A stretch of 64,000 nt of DNA from Candidatus Peribacteria bacterium RIFCSPHIGHO2_02_FULL_49_16. GTDB lineage: Bacteria > Patescibacteriota > Gracilibacteria > Peribacterales > Peribacteraceae. The stretch lies in NCBI GenBank assembly GCA_001788955.1, contig MFXT01000019.1, forward strand, positions 6,331-70,330. Reading direction: 5' to 3'. The translations under genes and the position numbers were made by a program. The notes beneath the pieces were generated by a model that saw nothing but the letters and a program-made list of their open reading frames with translations, did not search any database and had not been told where the DNA came from. Positions 9,374 to 17,501 of the stretch are shown here, one piece after another (position 1 is the stretch's first letter; each line of letters opens with the position of its first letter).

Positions 9374-12300
9374 CTATTCAATAGTACTCCCCGTGCCGCT
9401 CTGCACATTTACGGTCGACTCACTGCTTGCTCTCGACTGCTCTACACCTGCACCACTTTCCGTTTCCTGCTCGCTGCTTTCCTCGTCGGTCGTAGCCCCA
9501 GAGCTCACTTCACTCATGACAACATGGTCTTCTTCATCTGGAATGATGATCGTGCCACTGCCGGTCTGCACCGAACCAGAGCCTGTGGGCGCCTCCTCAT
9601 TCTCTCTTTCAAGGAGAGGGGTACTGGAGACGCTACTTTCAAAACTGCTGCTTTCCGAACTCACAGAGCTCGGCTCATGCTCGGGGAGTTCCCAACCTTC
9701 ACTCGTTCTACCGTACACGGTTCGCGCTTCCAATGTGCCAAGCGCGATCCACGAGAAGGTGACAGACTCGCTTGCAGGATATGCAAGATGAATCGTAAAG
9801 CCGGTCAACGTCGCTTTCGAGACACCGAAGAGAATAGGAACATCCGCCGATGCCGTCACAATGGGCGGCGCGAGGAATCGTCCGCTGCCAAAAAGCACGG
9901 TCACCGCCGTTGCTGTCTTTGGGATTATGGCATATCCTCCCTGCTCTTCATTGAGTACAAGCGCGCCGCTGACAGTCAGAATTCCGGCTACCTCTACGTC
10001 GCCAAGAAATCGGGCAAGACCATGGATCATGATATCTCCGAGAACCTGCATGGCATCATGAACGAAGAGATTACCAACAAAGATACTGCCGCTGCCACCC
10101 AGCACAAGCGAACCGCTGCTCATATGAATATCACCATCCACGACCAGAAGCCCTTCGATCTGTGATCCGCTTCCGGCAACAATCTTGCCTGCTTTCAACG
10201 TGGTAGTGACCTCTGCACCACCGTCGATTCGCAACATTCCCGGGATAAAGAGATCGGCCACGTTCAATTCTCCCTCAATAAAGAGATCACCGCCGATGCG
10301 CGCATCATCGCTCACTATCAGCTTCGCGCCGACAGTCATCTCCTCCACATTGATCGCTTCCGCGTACAACGTATCGTCAAACGTCACCTCACCGCCGATG
10401 CGCACTTTCCCCGCAAAGTTTGCATTGCCAACAACCGCAATCCCCTCATGGACAAAAACCGTCCCTGATCCCGAACCGTCGGCTTCAAACTCTCCAATCT
10501 GCTCCTGCAAAATTGCGATATCGCGCACAGCTTTTACCATAGTCATCTCCATCGTCCCCATACTCTCTTGAATCTGCTCTGTCTGCGTCACCAACACCTC
10601 CCCACCGCTTCCGGTCATATTTTCACTCTGCAAGAGAGCGGAGTGAGGAATCAGCATGCTCTGAAAATCTATTTCGTTCATCTTCTGTTCGATTTTCCGA
10701 TCAATATACTGATCAATCTGCAGCGCGCCTGAACCCGACCCATTCAGGAAGAGATCATTTTCATTGAGAACCATGCCGCTCCCCGTATTGAAATGTATGG
10801 GATTTCCCACCGGCGAACGGTCAATGAATGCCATGATCGTACTGACGCCGCTGCCTGAAAATGGTTCCAGTGCCCGCGCCACCACCGGCCCGTGATCGGC
10901 ACGCATGGCGATGCCGGAACGCTCTGATGCGGTGAGCAGATCTCCTGCGGCGATTGATCCGTTTTCCGCAGTCACTTTTACGGGAACGCGTCCCGCGAGT
11001 CCGAGGAGAACTTGCCGCGTATCCGCAGGTTGTACAGGACTACCTGAAAGAACGATACCCGGCTTTGCCGAAATAATGCCGAGCATATTCGGGTCATACG
11101 GAGTGGAACTGCGCCGTACAAGAGCGGGAGAAGCCGGATCGAGGCTCACGAGATCACCCGCTTGAATAGTATCATCGTGCGTGTAGTAGATTTCCGCAAG
11201 GTCTGCACCTGCAACGACGTTCAGTTGGATGACGGACAGGCGGGGCGCCTTTGATCCACCTATGGTATTTTTGGCTGCCGATGCGCTATCAAACTGACGC
11301 CCAAATAGTTCAATGTAGTCTCCAATTGCCAAATCGAGCACGTCGGTTGTAGTGACTAAGAATGAATCAGCAGAGAGCTCTGCCCCTATAGAACTATAAA
11401 CAACTTCCACATTGTTCTTAAAAAGACTTACAGCTATATCATCGCCTGCCCCCGCAGTGACACCAAATATGCCTGTCACCAAATATTTCCCCGCCTTCTT
11501 GATGGTGATGCGGCCGGAGCCGGTGGTCGTGACATCGGCAATGCCGCCGACATCGAATTGTTCGGTGTCAAGAGATATCTTTGTATTTATATTATGCGGC
11601 ATGCTCTGCGCAGCATCCCGCGTCATCTTCGCCATGTGGAGCGTTCCTGACCCTGTAACGAGTTCTTCCCATCCGGTGCTTGCGCCATCGGCCTGCGTCT
11701 TGATGTAGACCTTTCCGCCGTTGTGATCGAAGTACATGGAACCCAGCGCACTTGCAACATTTCCTACAGGAGAGCCGGAACCGGCTTGAAGCAGCACGTC
11801 ATTCGTCTCATCACCCATATGGATCGTCCCGCCGCTCAAGTACAGATCGCGGAAACGTTTTCCGTCGGAACCAATGTCAACGGCATTGGTGCGTGACGGC
11901 GTAATGTGATAACCAAATGTGGAGCCGGAGCTGATATTCAGCGTGGAGCCGGAGATAGCGCCTCTCGTCGTGATACTTCCGACAACGAGAAGTGATCCGG
12001 AAATATTGGCATTGCCCGATACATCAAGCGATCCTCCGCTGATGTGGATGAGGGCGATGTCATTATCTGGAGCGGTTGATTTGATAATAATTCTTCCGCC
12101 ACTGACGGTGAGGAGATTTTGATCGAGGGTTCCACTGACTCTCTTGATGGTCAAAGCTCCGGTCATGGTGTCGCCGCCTGTGCGAACGTAGTAGTCGTTG
12201 ATCTTGTCACCACCATCATTGCTGTCTGTACTCCACGAAAGATTTCCTGCACTGTCGGTCTTGAGAACTTTTCCCGTGGCGGTGCCGTCGGTGAAGGGGA

Positions 12301-13051
12301 AGGTGTAGGTGACGCCGTTGATCTTTACGGTGGAGTTCAGTTCCGCTCCTCCGTCGATGACGAGTTTTCCCGAGGCGGCGAGATTCCCTGTGACCTGGAA
12401 GTCATCGGACCATTCGAGAGTGTCTTCCGCATTGATGAACGTCAGCGTTTCGTTGGTGGTGTCACTGCCGAAGGTCAGAATCGTGTCGGCAGCGGTCTGG
12501 TCGGCGTTGAGCGTGAGATTGCCTCTGGAGGTGATACTTCCGACGATGAGGAGTGTTCCGGAAATATTGGCGTTTCCAGACACATCAAGCGATCCTCCGC
12601 TGATGTGGATAAGGGCGATGTCGTCGTTGGGGGCAGTTGATTTGATAATAATTCTTCCACCACTGACCGTGAGGAGATTTTGATCGAGGGTTCCACTGAC
12701 GCGTTTGATGGTCAAGGCTCCGGTCATGGTGTCGCCTGCGGTATGCACGTAGTAATTTACAAAACCATCTGCACCTCCTCCCACTGACGCGCTCCATACT
12801 GCATCGCCATCGGATACTGTGAGCACCTGCCCGTCCGATCCGAGAGAAAGAGTGCGAAGAACTCCCGTGGATGTCCCAAGCAAAAGCTCGCCCTTTGAAT
12901 ACGATGTGAGATATGTTCCCCCCCTTCCCACAGTCAGAACATCCTTCGTTCCTCCATTGATTGGAATAAGCCCGCCCTGATCGTCATTCGTATGCTCGTG
13001 GCGTTCCAATCCGGAACTAGCCTCCACCGTATTACCCCCCCCCTCCACCAC
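9374..13051 (-). CDS. Very large repetitive surface protein, tail-fibre-like / beta-helical
   Basis: 1225-aa ORF with a GTG start. It has two near-identical 71-aa modules beginning DTMTGALTIK, a motif common in phage tail-fibre-like proteins. It also has long Gly/Ser/Val/Asp-rich beta-strand repeats and a Ser/Glu-rich C-terminal tail. No N-terminal signal peptide is present in this ORF as annotated. Confidence 0.85.
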   Translation of the reverse strand: MVEGGGNTVEASSGLERHEHTNDDQGGLIPINGGTKDVLTVGRGGTYLTSYSKGELLLGTSTGVLRTLSLGSDGQVLTVSDGDAVWSASVGGGADGFVNYYVHTAGDTMTGALTIKRVSGTLDQNLLTVSGGRIIIKSTAPNDDIALIHISGGSLDVSGNANISGTLLIVGSITSRGNLTLNADQTAADTILTFGSDTTNETLTFINAEDTLEWSDDFQVTGNLAASGKLVIDGGAELNSTVKINGVTYTFPFTDGTATGKVLKTDSAGNLSWSTDSNDGGDKINDYYVRTGGDTMTGALTIKRVSGTLDQNLLTVSGGRIIIKSTAPDNDIALIHISGGSLDVSGNANISGSLLVVGSITTRGAISGSTLNISSGSTFGYHITPSRTNAVDIGSDGKRFRDLYLSGGTIHMGDETNDVLLQAGSGSPVGNVASALGSMYFDHNGGKVYIKTQADGASTGWEELVTGSGTLHMAKMTRDAAQSMPHNINTKISLDTEQFDVGGIADVTTTGSGRITIKKAGKYLVTGIFGVTAGAGDDIAVSLFKNNVEVVYSSIGAELSADSFLVTTTDVLDLAIGDYIELFGRQFDSASAAKNTIGGSKAPRLSVIQLNVVAGADLAEIYYTHDDTIQAGDLVSLDPASPALVRRSSTPYDPNMLGIISAKPGIVLSGSPVQPADTRQVLLGLAGRVPVKVTAENGSIAAGDLLTASERSGIAMRADHGPVVARALEPFSGSGVSTIMAFIDRSPVGNPIHFNTGSGMVLNENDLFLNGSGSGALQIDQYIDRKIEQKMNEIDFQSMLIPHSALLQSENMTGSGGEVLVTQTEQIQESMGTMEMTMVKAVRDIAILQEQIGEFEADGSGSGTVFVHEGIAVVGNANFAGKVRIGGEVTFDDTLYAEAINVEEMTVGAKLIVSDDARIGGDLFIEGELNVADLFIPGMLRIDGGAEVTTTLKAGKIVAGSGSQIEGLLVVDGDIHMSSGSLVLGGSGSIFVGNLFVHDAMQVLGDIMIHGLARFLGDVEVAGILTVSGALVLNEEQGGYAIIPKTATAVTVLFGSGRFLAPPIVTASADVPILFGVSKATLTGFTIHLAYPASESVTFSWIALGTLEARTVYGRTSEGWELPEHEPSSVSSESSSFESSVSSTPLLERENEEAPTGSGSVQTGSGTIIIPDEEDHVVMSEVSSGATTDEESSEQETESGAGVEQSRASSESTVNVQSGTGSTIE
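11960..12172 (-). repeat. Intragenic repeat, copy 2 of the 213-nt DTMTG module
   Basis: Nearly identical to 12521-12733 at both DNA and protein level. The period is 561 nt (187 aa). Confidence 0.9.
12521..12733 (-). repeat. Intragenic repeat, copy 1 of the 213-nt DTMTG module
   Basis: See copy 2. The shadow ORFs on the plus strand at 11919-12122 and 12309-12683 end in almost the same peptide, which confirms the DNA identity. Confidence 0.9.
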
Positions 13052-13868
13052 GGCGAACGGGGCTGTACGATCCTTCGCTGCGTTCGACTCTGATCACCGG
13101 TGGAGCGGTATATACCCAGCTGGGTTCGCCATTTTTGTACATCAAAATTTGTCTTTCTTTTGCTCCGCCTACAAGAAGATCATAGAACGACTGCATTGTC
13201 GCAAACAGTCTCGATCGACGCACTGGAGATCCATTCTGTACCATCGACATATCTGATTGCTCTATAAGCGCTTCGTCTGCCTGCTTCGAAGCCAGCCGTT
13301 CCAAAAGCCTCTGCTCTTGACGAACCAGGCGCTCAGCAAGAGAAGCATCCTCGTTGGACATGCTCGTTTGTGTGATCGAACCCAAGAGTGTTTCACTACC
13401 ACTCTTATCTGGAGCTGCGAGGTGAGAGTCATCAATCATCACTTCCTGATCGTCCTGATCTCCATCTTCCGCACGTTGAGAGAAAGCCAAAGCGCCACCG
13501 ATCAGAAGCGCAAGAACGATACATCCAACGGCAATCCAATCATTACGTTTCAGAACCGGAAAGAAATGTCCTGATGCCGAAGCTTCTAAAACCAGAGTTC
13601 CTCCAAAAGTATCAAGCCCCTCACGAATATACGTCGTAATATGCCGTGCCGCTTGTGCACGGGAATATCCGGTAATTTCCTGAATGTATGCTCGAACAAG
13701 ACCCTTGTCTTCTTTGCTTAAACTCACATACCCAACCGATTGCAATGTTTTCCTGATCCACGAAATCTTTTTCTCTTTTGAAGAGAAATCAGAAACATGC
13801 AACTTTCCTTTTTCGAGTGTTACTCGAATGCTCTGAAGACTCGGTACTAGAGGACAACTGTCGTGCAT
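13032..13868 (-). CDS. Hypothetical membrane protein with a possible N-terminal HTH; may be the 5' part of the large surface-protein gene
   Basis: 278-aa ORF with an HTH-like segment (ITGYSRAQAARHI) and one TM helix (WIAVGCIVLALLIGGALAF). It ends RRGGGGG-stop inside a 9-G homopolymer and overlaps the next ORF by 20 nt in another frame. Confidence 0.6.
   Translation of the reverse strand: MHDSCPLVPSLQSIRVTLEKGKLHVSDFSSKEKKISWIRKTLQSVGYVSLSKEDKGLVRAYIQEITGYSRAQAARHITTYIREGLDTFGGTLVLEASASGHFFPVLKRNDWIAVGCIVLALLIGGALAFSQRAEDGDQDDQEVMIDDSHLAAPDKSGSETLLGSITQTSMSNEDASLAERLVRQEQRLLERLASKQADEALIEQSDMSMVQNGSPVRRSRLFATMQSFYDLLVGGAKERQILMYKNGEPSWVYTAPPVIRVERSEGSYSPVRRGGGGG
13035..13043 (-). repeat. Homopolymeric G9 tract (C9 on the plus strand) at an ORF junction
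   Basis: Counted directly in the sequence attaCCCCCCCCCtcc. Confidence 0.95.
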
Positions 13869-14008
13869 TGTGTTGTGTATGTCTATTTTTTACAAAATGA
13901 TCATCAGGCTCATTGTTTATTTATTTTATGTTATTATAGGTATAAGTATAGCAAATTTGACGTTCAGGCTCAATAACGTAAAACGTGCTAAAACGTATGA
14001 ATTCTTAC

Positions 14009-15091
14009 TTATTTTTTCACCCATTGTCCCCCTCCTGTATTTTTTACGACACCAGCAATTTCTAACATCGTCAATGTCGCATTCACATCACTCGATGGAA
14101 GCACGGTACGAAGAGCGATGTTGTCAACAGGCTGGGGCATGGTTGTAAGAACTTCCAAAATCTTCTCTTCCAGATGGCTCTTTGCTTCATAAGAAGATAC
14201 CGGCGTCTCTGGCGATGAGACGATGCCGATTTCCCGAAAGACATCCTGCGGTGAGCAGACGAGCTTTGCCTGACCACTCCCAATCAGCGCATGGCAACCC
14301 GCATAATTCTCATCAAAAATCTGCCCCGGCACCGCAAATACCTCGCGCCCATATTCAAGTGCGAATTCGGCTGTCAGAATCGCGCCGCTCTTTTCGGGCG
14401 CTTCGAGAACAACGGTTCCAAGCGAGAGCCCGGCGATGATGCGATTACGCGCAGGGAAAGTGTGCCTGCCCGGCGTAGTATCCAACGGAAATTCTGTCAG
14501 GAGCACGCCGCCGGTTGCTACAATTTGCTTGGCAAGCCGCCTGTTGTTACTTGGGAAAATCTGTGCAAGTCCATGACCGAGCACGGCAACCGTTTTCCCG
14601 CCTGTATGCACAGTCTCTTGTGCAACGACGGCATCAATGCCCTGCGCAAGTCCGCTCACTGTCACCATCCCCGAATGCACACTTGCTCTTGCAAATTCCT
14701 CTGCGACGCGTTTTCCATAGGAAGATATCTTTCGTGTACCCACAAGGCCGATGCAGGGTTGATCAAGAACCGCAAGATCGCCGTAGTAATAGAGAAAAAG
14801 AGGCGGATCGGGAAGATCGTGAAGCATTGTTGGATACGCATGATCTTCAATGGAGAGGAATGATAATTTGCGCTTCTCCAGCTCTGCCTGATACTGCTCG
14901 ACAGAAAATTCCTCCGAGCGATGAAGAGTCTTTACTATCGTCTCCTCCTTGCAACCGAGGTTTTGGAGCATCTCTTCATCAAGATGTTCCAAAGCCGTAT
15001 CCAGATTCCCATACACCTTTTTTAGAGCATCATAACGCTTTTTTGTGAGACAATGAAGCCAAGACCACGTGAGGGAAACATGCAAATGCAT
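14009..15091 (-). CDS. dprA: DNA-processing protein DprA (Smf)
   Basis: Rossmann-like DprA core: GLAQGIDAVVAQ, VAVLGHGL, FPARNRIIAGLS, EAPEKSGAILTAEFALEYGREVFAVPG. The start is moved to ATG 15091 because the upstream extension runs through a heptamer repeat. Confidence 0.9.
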   Translation of the reverse strand: MHLHVSLTWSWLHCLTKKRYDALKKVYGNLDTALEHLDEEMLQNLGCKEETIVKTLHRSEEFSVEQYQAELEKRKLSFLSIEDHAYPTMLHDLPDPPLFLYYYGDLAVLDQPCIGLVGTRKISSYGKRVAEEFARASVHSGMVTVSGLAQGIDAVVAQETVHTGGKTVAVLGHGLAQIFPSNNRRLAKQIVATGGVLLTEFPLDTTPGRHTFPARNRIIAGLSLGTVVLEAPEKSGAILTAEFALEYGREVFAVPGQIFDENYAGCHALIGSGQAKLVCSPQDVFREIGIVSSPETPVSSYEAKSHLEEKILEVLTTMPQPVDNIALRTVLPSSDVNATLTMLEIAGVVKNTGGGQWVKK

Positions 15092-15108
15092 AAAATTGAG
15101 AAAAGAAA

Positions 15109-15140
15109 TTGATACTTGATACTTGATACTTGATAATTGA
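15109..15140. repeat. 7-bp tandem repeat (TTGATAC x3, then TTGATAA, then TTGA)
   Basis: Read directly from the sequence. It lies in the intergenic region between the dprA start and tRNA-Thr. Confidence 0.9.
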
Positions 15141-15165
15141 CGAAGCGTTAGACACCTATTGTAAT
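15137..15165 (+). promoter_or_regulatory. Candidate sigma70-type promoter for tRNA-Thr (TTGACG, 17-nt spacer, TGTAAT)
   Basis: The hexamers and the 17-nt spacer were counted by eye. The -10 element ends about 21 nt upstream of the tRNA 5' end. Confidence 0.3.
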
Positions 15166-15186
15166 TGATCACTTATCAATGAGTAA

Positions 15187-15261
15187 GCCGCCTTAGCTCA
15201 GTGGTAGAGCAACGGTATCGTAAACCGTGGGTCCGGGGTTCAAGTCCCCGAGGCGGCTCCA
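15187..15261 (+). tRNA. tRNA-Thr (anticodon CGT), CCA encoded
   Basis: Manual cloverleaf fold. Acceptor stem is GCCGCCT/AGGCGGC, anticodon stem ACGGT/ACCGT with loop ATCGTAA, and T-arm CGGGG-TTCAAGT-CCCCG. Confidence 0.95.
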
Positions 15262-15369
15262 ACCTTCACAGAGCGAAAGTGGGCTCTCCAATTTGACTAT
15301 TAAAACCTACTGTTGTATAATTTCAATATTGAGATTCCTGTTCTTTCCTATTCAGAAAAAGGAGGTGGG

Positions 15370-15555
15370 ATGATGGAGGATGTGATAAAATTGCTCTTTG
15401 TATTGGGCATTGGCCTGATGACCTTTGGGATGTATAGCGGCATTCAAACGGCTGCCACCCATCAACTGTGGCCATGGGTTCCATTCGTCTTAGGGGCGCT
15501 CATCCTGCTCATCGTCTTCGCACTAAGCGAAGACAAAAGCAAACCACGGTACTAG
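15370..15555 (+). CDS. Small two-TM membrane protein (hypothetical)
   Basis: ATG is preceded by AAAGGAGGTGGG. There are two hydrophobic helices, and an intrinsic terminator follows the gene. Confidence 0.5.
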   Translation: MMEDVIKLLFVLGIGLMTFGMYSGIQTAATHQLWPWVPFVLGALILLIVFALSEDKSKPRY

Positions 15556-15578
15556 CCCGTGCAGAAAATCTCACAGAA

Positions 15579-15608
15579 CCCATCGCCACGGCGATGGGTT
15601 TCTTCTTT
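15579..15608 (+). terminator. Rho-independent terminator
   Basis: Hairpin CCCATCGC-CACG-GCGATGGG followed by TTTCTTCTTT. It sits between convergent genes. Confidence 0.7.
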
Positions 15609-15612
15609 CCAT

Positions 15613-17478
15613 TTACTCGCCTAATTGTTTCAGTGCGCTCTGTGCACTGGAGTTTTTTGGGTCGATGGCAAGAACTGTCTCAAATTCGACAATTGCGTCT
15701 GCCAAACGTCCGCTATTGGCATAGAGGATACCGAGATTGATGCGCGCGGCGATGTGCGTGGGGAGGAGCCGGATCGCGCGTTCGTATGCGGCAATGGCAT
15801 CTTCGATTTTCCCCTGTTCCTGCAGAGCGACACCGAGATTATACGATGCATGAAAAAAATACGGATTCGCGTCGAGTGCGTTTCGATAATGCCCAATCGC
15901 TTCATCAAACTTTCCCTCCTGCATCGCGAGCGCTCCGAGGTTCACGTGCGCTTCTTCCAAATCTGAACGCAAAGCAATGGCTTTTTCATATGCTTCTCGT
16001 GCCGCATCTGTCTGTCCCAATTCCACGTATACCAACCCGAGCCCAACATGCACTTCGGCATTATCGGGATTCTGGCGTAGCGCCTCGTCATACATTTTCT
16101 GTGCATCAGTGTAACGATGCATGCGACGATAGGTGGCACCAAGATTGGCAAAAATTTTACTATGCGGTCGAATGGCGATCGCCTTCTCATATTCTGCGAT
16201 CGCCTTCTCATGCTCTCCCCGCAAGCGATAGACGTTGCCCATATTATTATGAGCCACATGCGATAGTTCGCCATACTGCTTCAAAACATTTTGCAAAAGC
16301 ACCTCCGTATCTCCCCACAGAAGCGACTGTGCATGCGCGCGTACTCCAAGAATTCCCAAAAGGACAACGCACGCAGTGACTGCAAATTTTCTATGACGAT
16401 GAGCAATAACCCCAATAATGAATATCAATCCGATCGATGGAATATAGGCATACCGATCCGAAGCAAAATAGCGATCCATATCACCGCCGCGTGCGATATT
16501 GAGAAACGTAGGAAGCAGGGTAATAAGGAAGAAAAAATAGGAGAAGGCAAGTACGCATTGATATTTTTTAAGAAAGAGGACAAGGAATGTGATCGCCATG
16601 ACAATCACCAGCGGAATAAAAAATTCCGGTGATGCAATAGACGCATCAGTGTAGGGATAGAGTACGGAGAACTCCGTGGGCCAAAAGAATTTTTCAAGAT
16701 AAAAGAGCGTGCTCTTCGGGGCAACGATTGCTTTCTCAAAGTACGTTGCGAAAGAGAACGCTTCACGCTTTCCGAAAAAACCGACAATGCCGAACATGAC
16801 AGACAGCAAGAAATAGGGAGTAAGACGGCTGATCGTCACAAAGGACGATGCACGGAGACGTCGATGATACAGAAGCCATTCAATCAGAAGAAGAATCACC
16901 GGCAGCATGATGATGGAAACTTTTGCCAGTAACCCCAAGGCAAAGGCAAAGATGCTGAAGGAATACAAGAGCTTCCCGCTTCCCGCTTGCCCATTCTCTC
17001 TTTCTCTCCATTGGAGATAACTGCACACACTCAACAGAAAGAAGAAACTCGATAGCACGTCTTTACGTGCGCTCGCCCACGCAACCGCTTCTGTGTGGAG
17101 AGGATGAACAAGGAAGAGAAGACCGACAAAGAGAGAAAGATGAACATTTCTCAATAACAGAAAAAGAAACATCATCACCAGCAGCGCATTCATCGTATGC
17201 AACACCAGATTCGTCAAGTGAAATCCGAAGGGATTCATTCCCCACAGAAGATGGTCGATTTGATAACTCATCAGAGTCGCTGGTATATATAATTCGGGAT
17301 CAAATGTCTTGAATGCTTCCTTGAGTGACCATAGAGAAATCTCTTTCACAATAGGGTTCCCCACAATCAAATAATGGTCATCCCAGAGAACGAAATCATT
17401 GTTCAACGCAGAGCCATAGATGAGAAAACTGATCAGGAAAAAACCGCCGAAGAGCGCCACTGCCATTTTCATACGCAT
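15613..17478 (-). CDS. TMTC-like membrane protein: polytopic GT-C-type N-domain plus C-terminal TPR repeats
   Basis: 621 aa with about 10 TM helices. The N-terminus NDFVLWDDHYLIVGNPIV is typical of TMTC/DUF1736-type proteins. The C-terminal third consists of canonical 34-aa TPR repeats. Confidence 0.8.
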   Translation of the reverse strand: MRMKMAVALFGGFFLISFLIYGSALNNDFVLWDDHYLIVGNPIVKEISLWSLKEAFKTFDPELYIPATLMSYQIDHLLWGMNPFGFHLTNLVLHTMNALLVMMFLFLLLRNVHLSLFVGLLFLVHPLHTEAVAWASARKDVLSSFFFLLSVCSYLQWRERENGQAGSGKLLYSFSIFAFALGLLAKVSIIMLPVILLLIEWLLYHRRLRASSFVTISRLTPYFLLSVMFGIVGFFGKREAFSFATYFEKAIVAPKSTLFYLEKFFWPTEFSVLYPYTDASIASPEFFIPLVIVMAITFLVLFLKKYQCVLAFSYFFFLITLLPTFLNIARGGDMDRYFASDRYAYIPSIGLIFIIGVIAHRHRKFAVTACVVLLGILGVRAHAQSLLWGDTEVLLQNVLKQYGELSHVAHNNMGNVYRLRGEHEKAIAEYEKAIAIRPHSKIFANLGATYRRMHRYTDAQKMYDEALRQNPDNAEVHVGLGLVYVELGQTDAAREAYEKAIALRSDLEEAHVNLGALAMQEGKFDEAIGHYRNALDANPYFFHASYNLGVALQEQGKIEDAIAAYERAIRLLPTHIAARINLGILYANSGRLADAIVEFETVLAIDPKNSSAQSALKQLGE

Positions 17479-17501
17479 ACGAATACCCTACACCCTACTA
17501 C

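Noticed and set aside
9350-10165. 271-aa plus-strand ORF. The same applies to other long antisense ORFs: 8589-9335, 26352-26966, 33266-33928, 36251-36886, 37472-38032, 22121-22723, 55592-56152, 55968-56717 and 63066-63767.
   Set aside because: Each lies opposite a gene with strong family motifs (ATPase, rpoD, ftsK, pepN, the methyltransferase, sortase, cdd, purF, the surface protein). These are shadow ORFs.
9374-13868. A prophage or phage-remnant interpretation of the tail-fibre-like gene.
   Set aside because: No capsid, terminase, portal, baseplate, lysis or integrase genes lie nearby, no att-like repeats are present, and the flanks are housekeeping genes.
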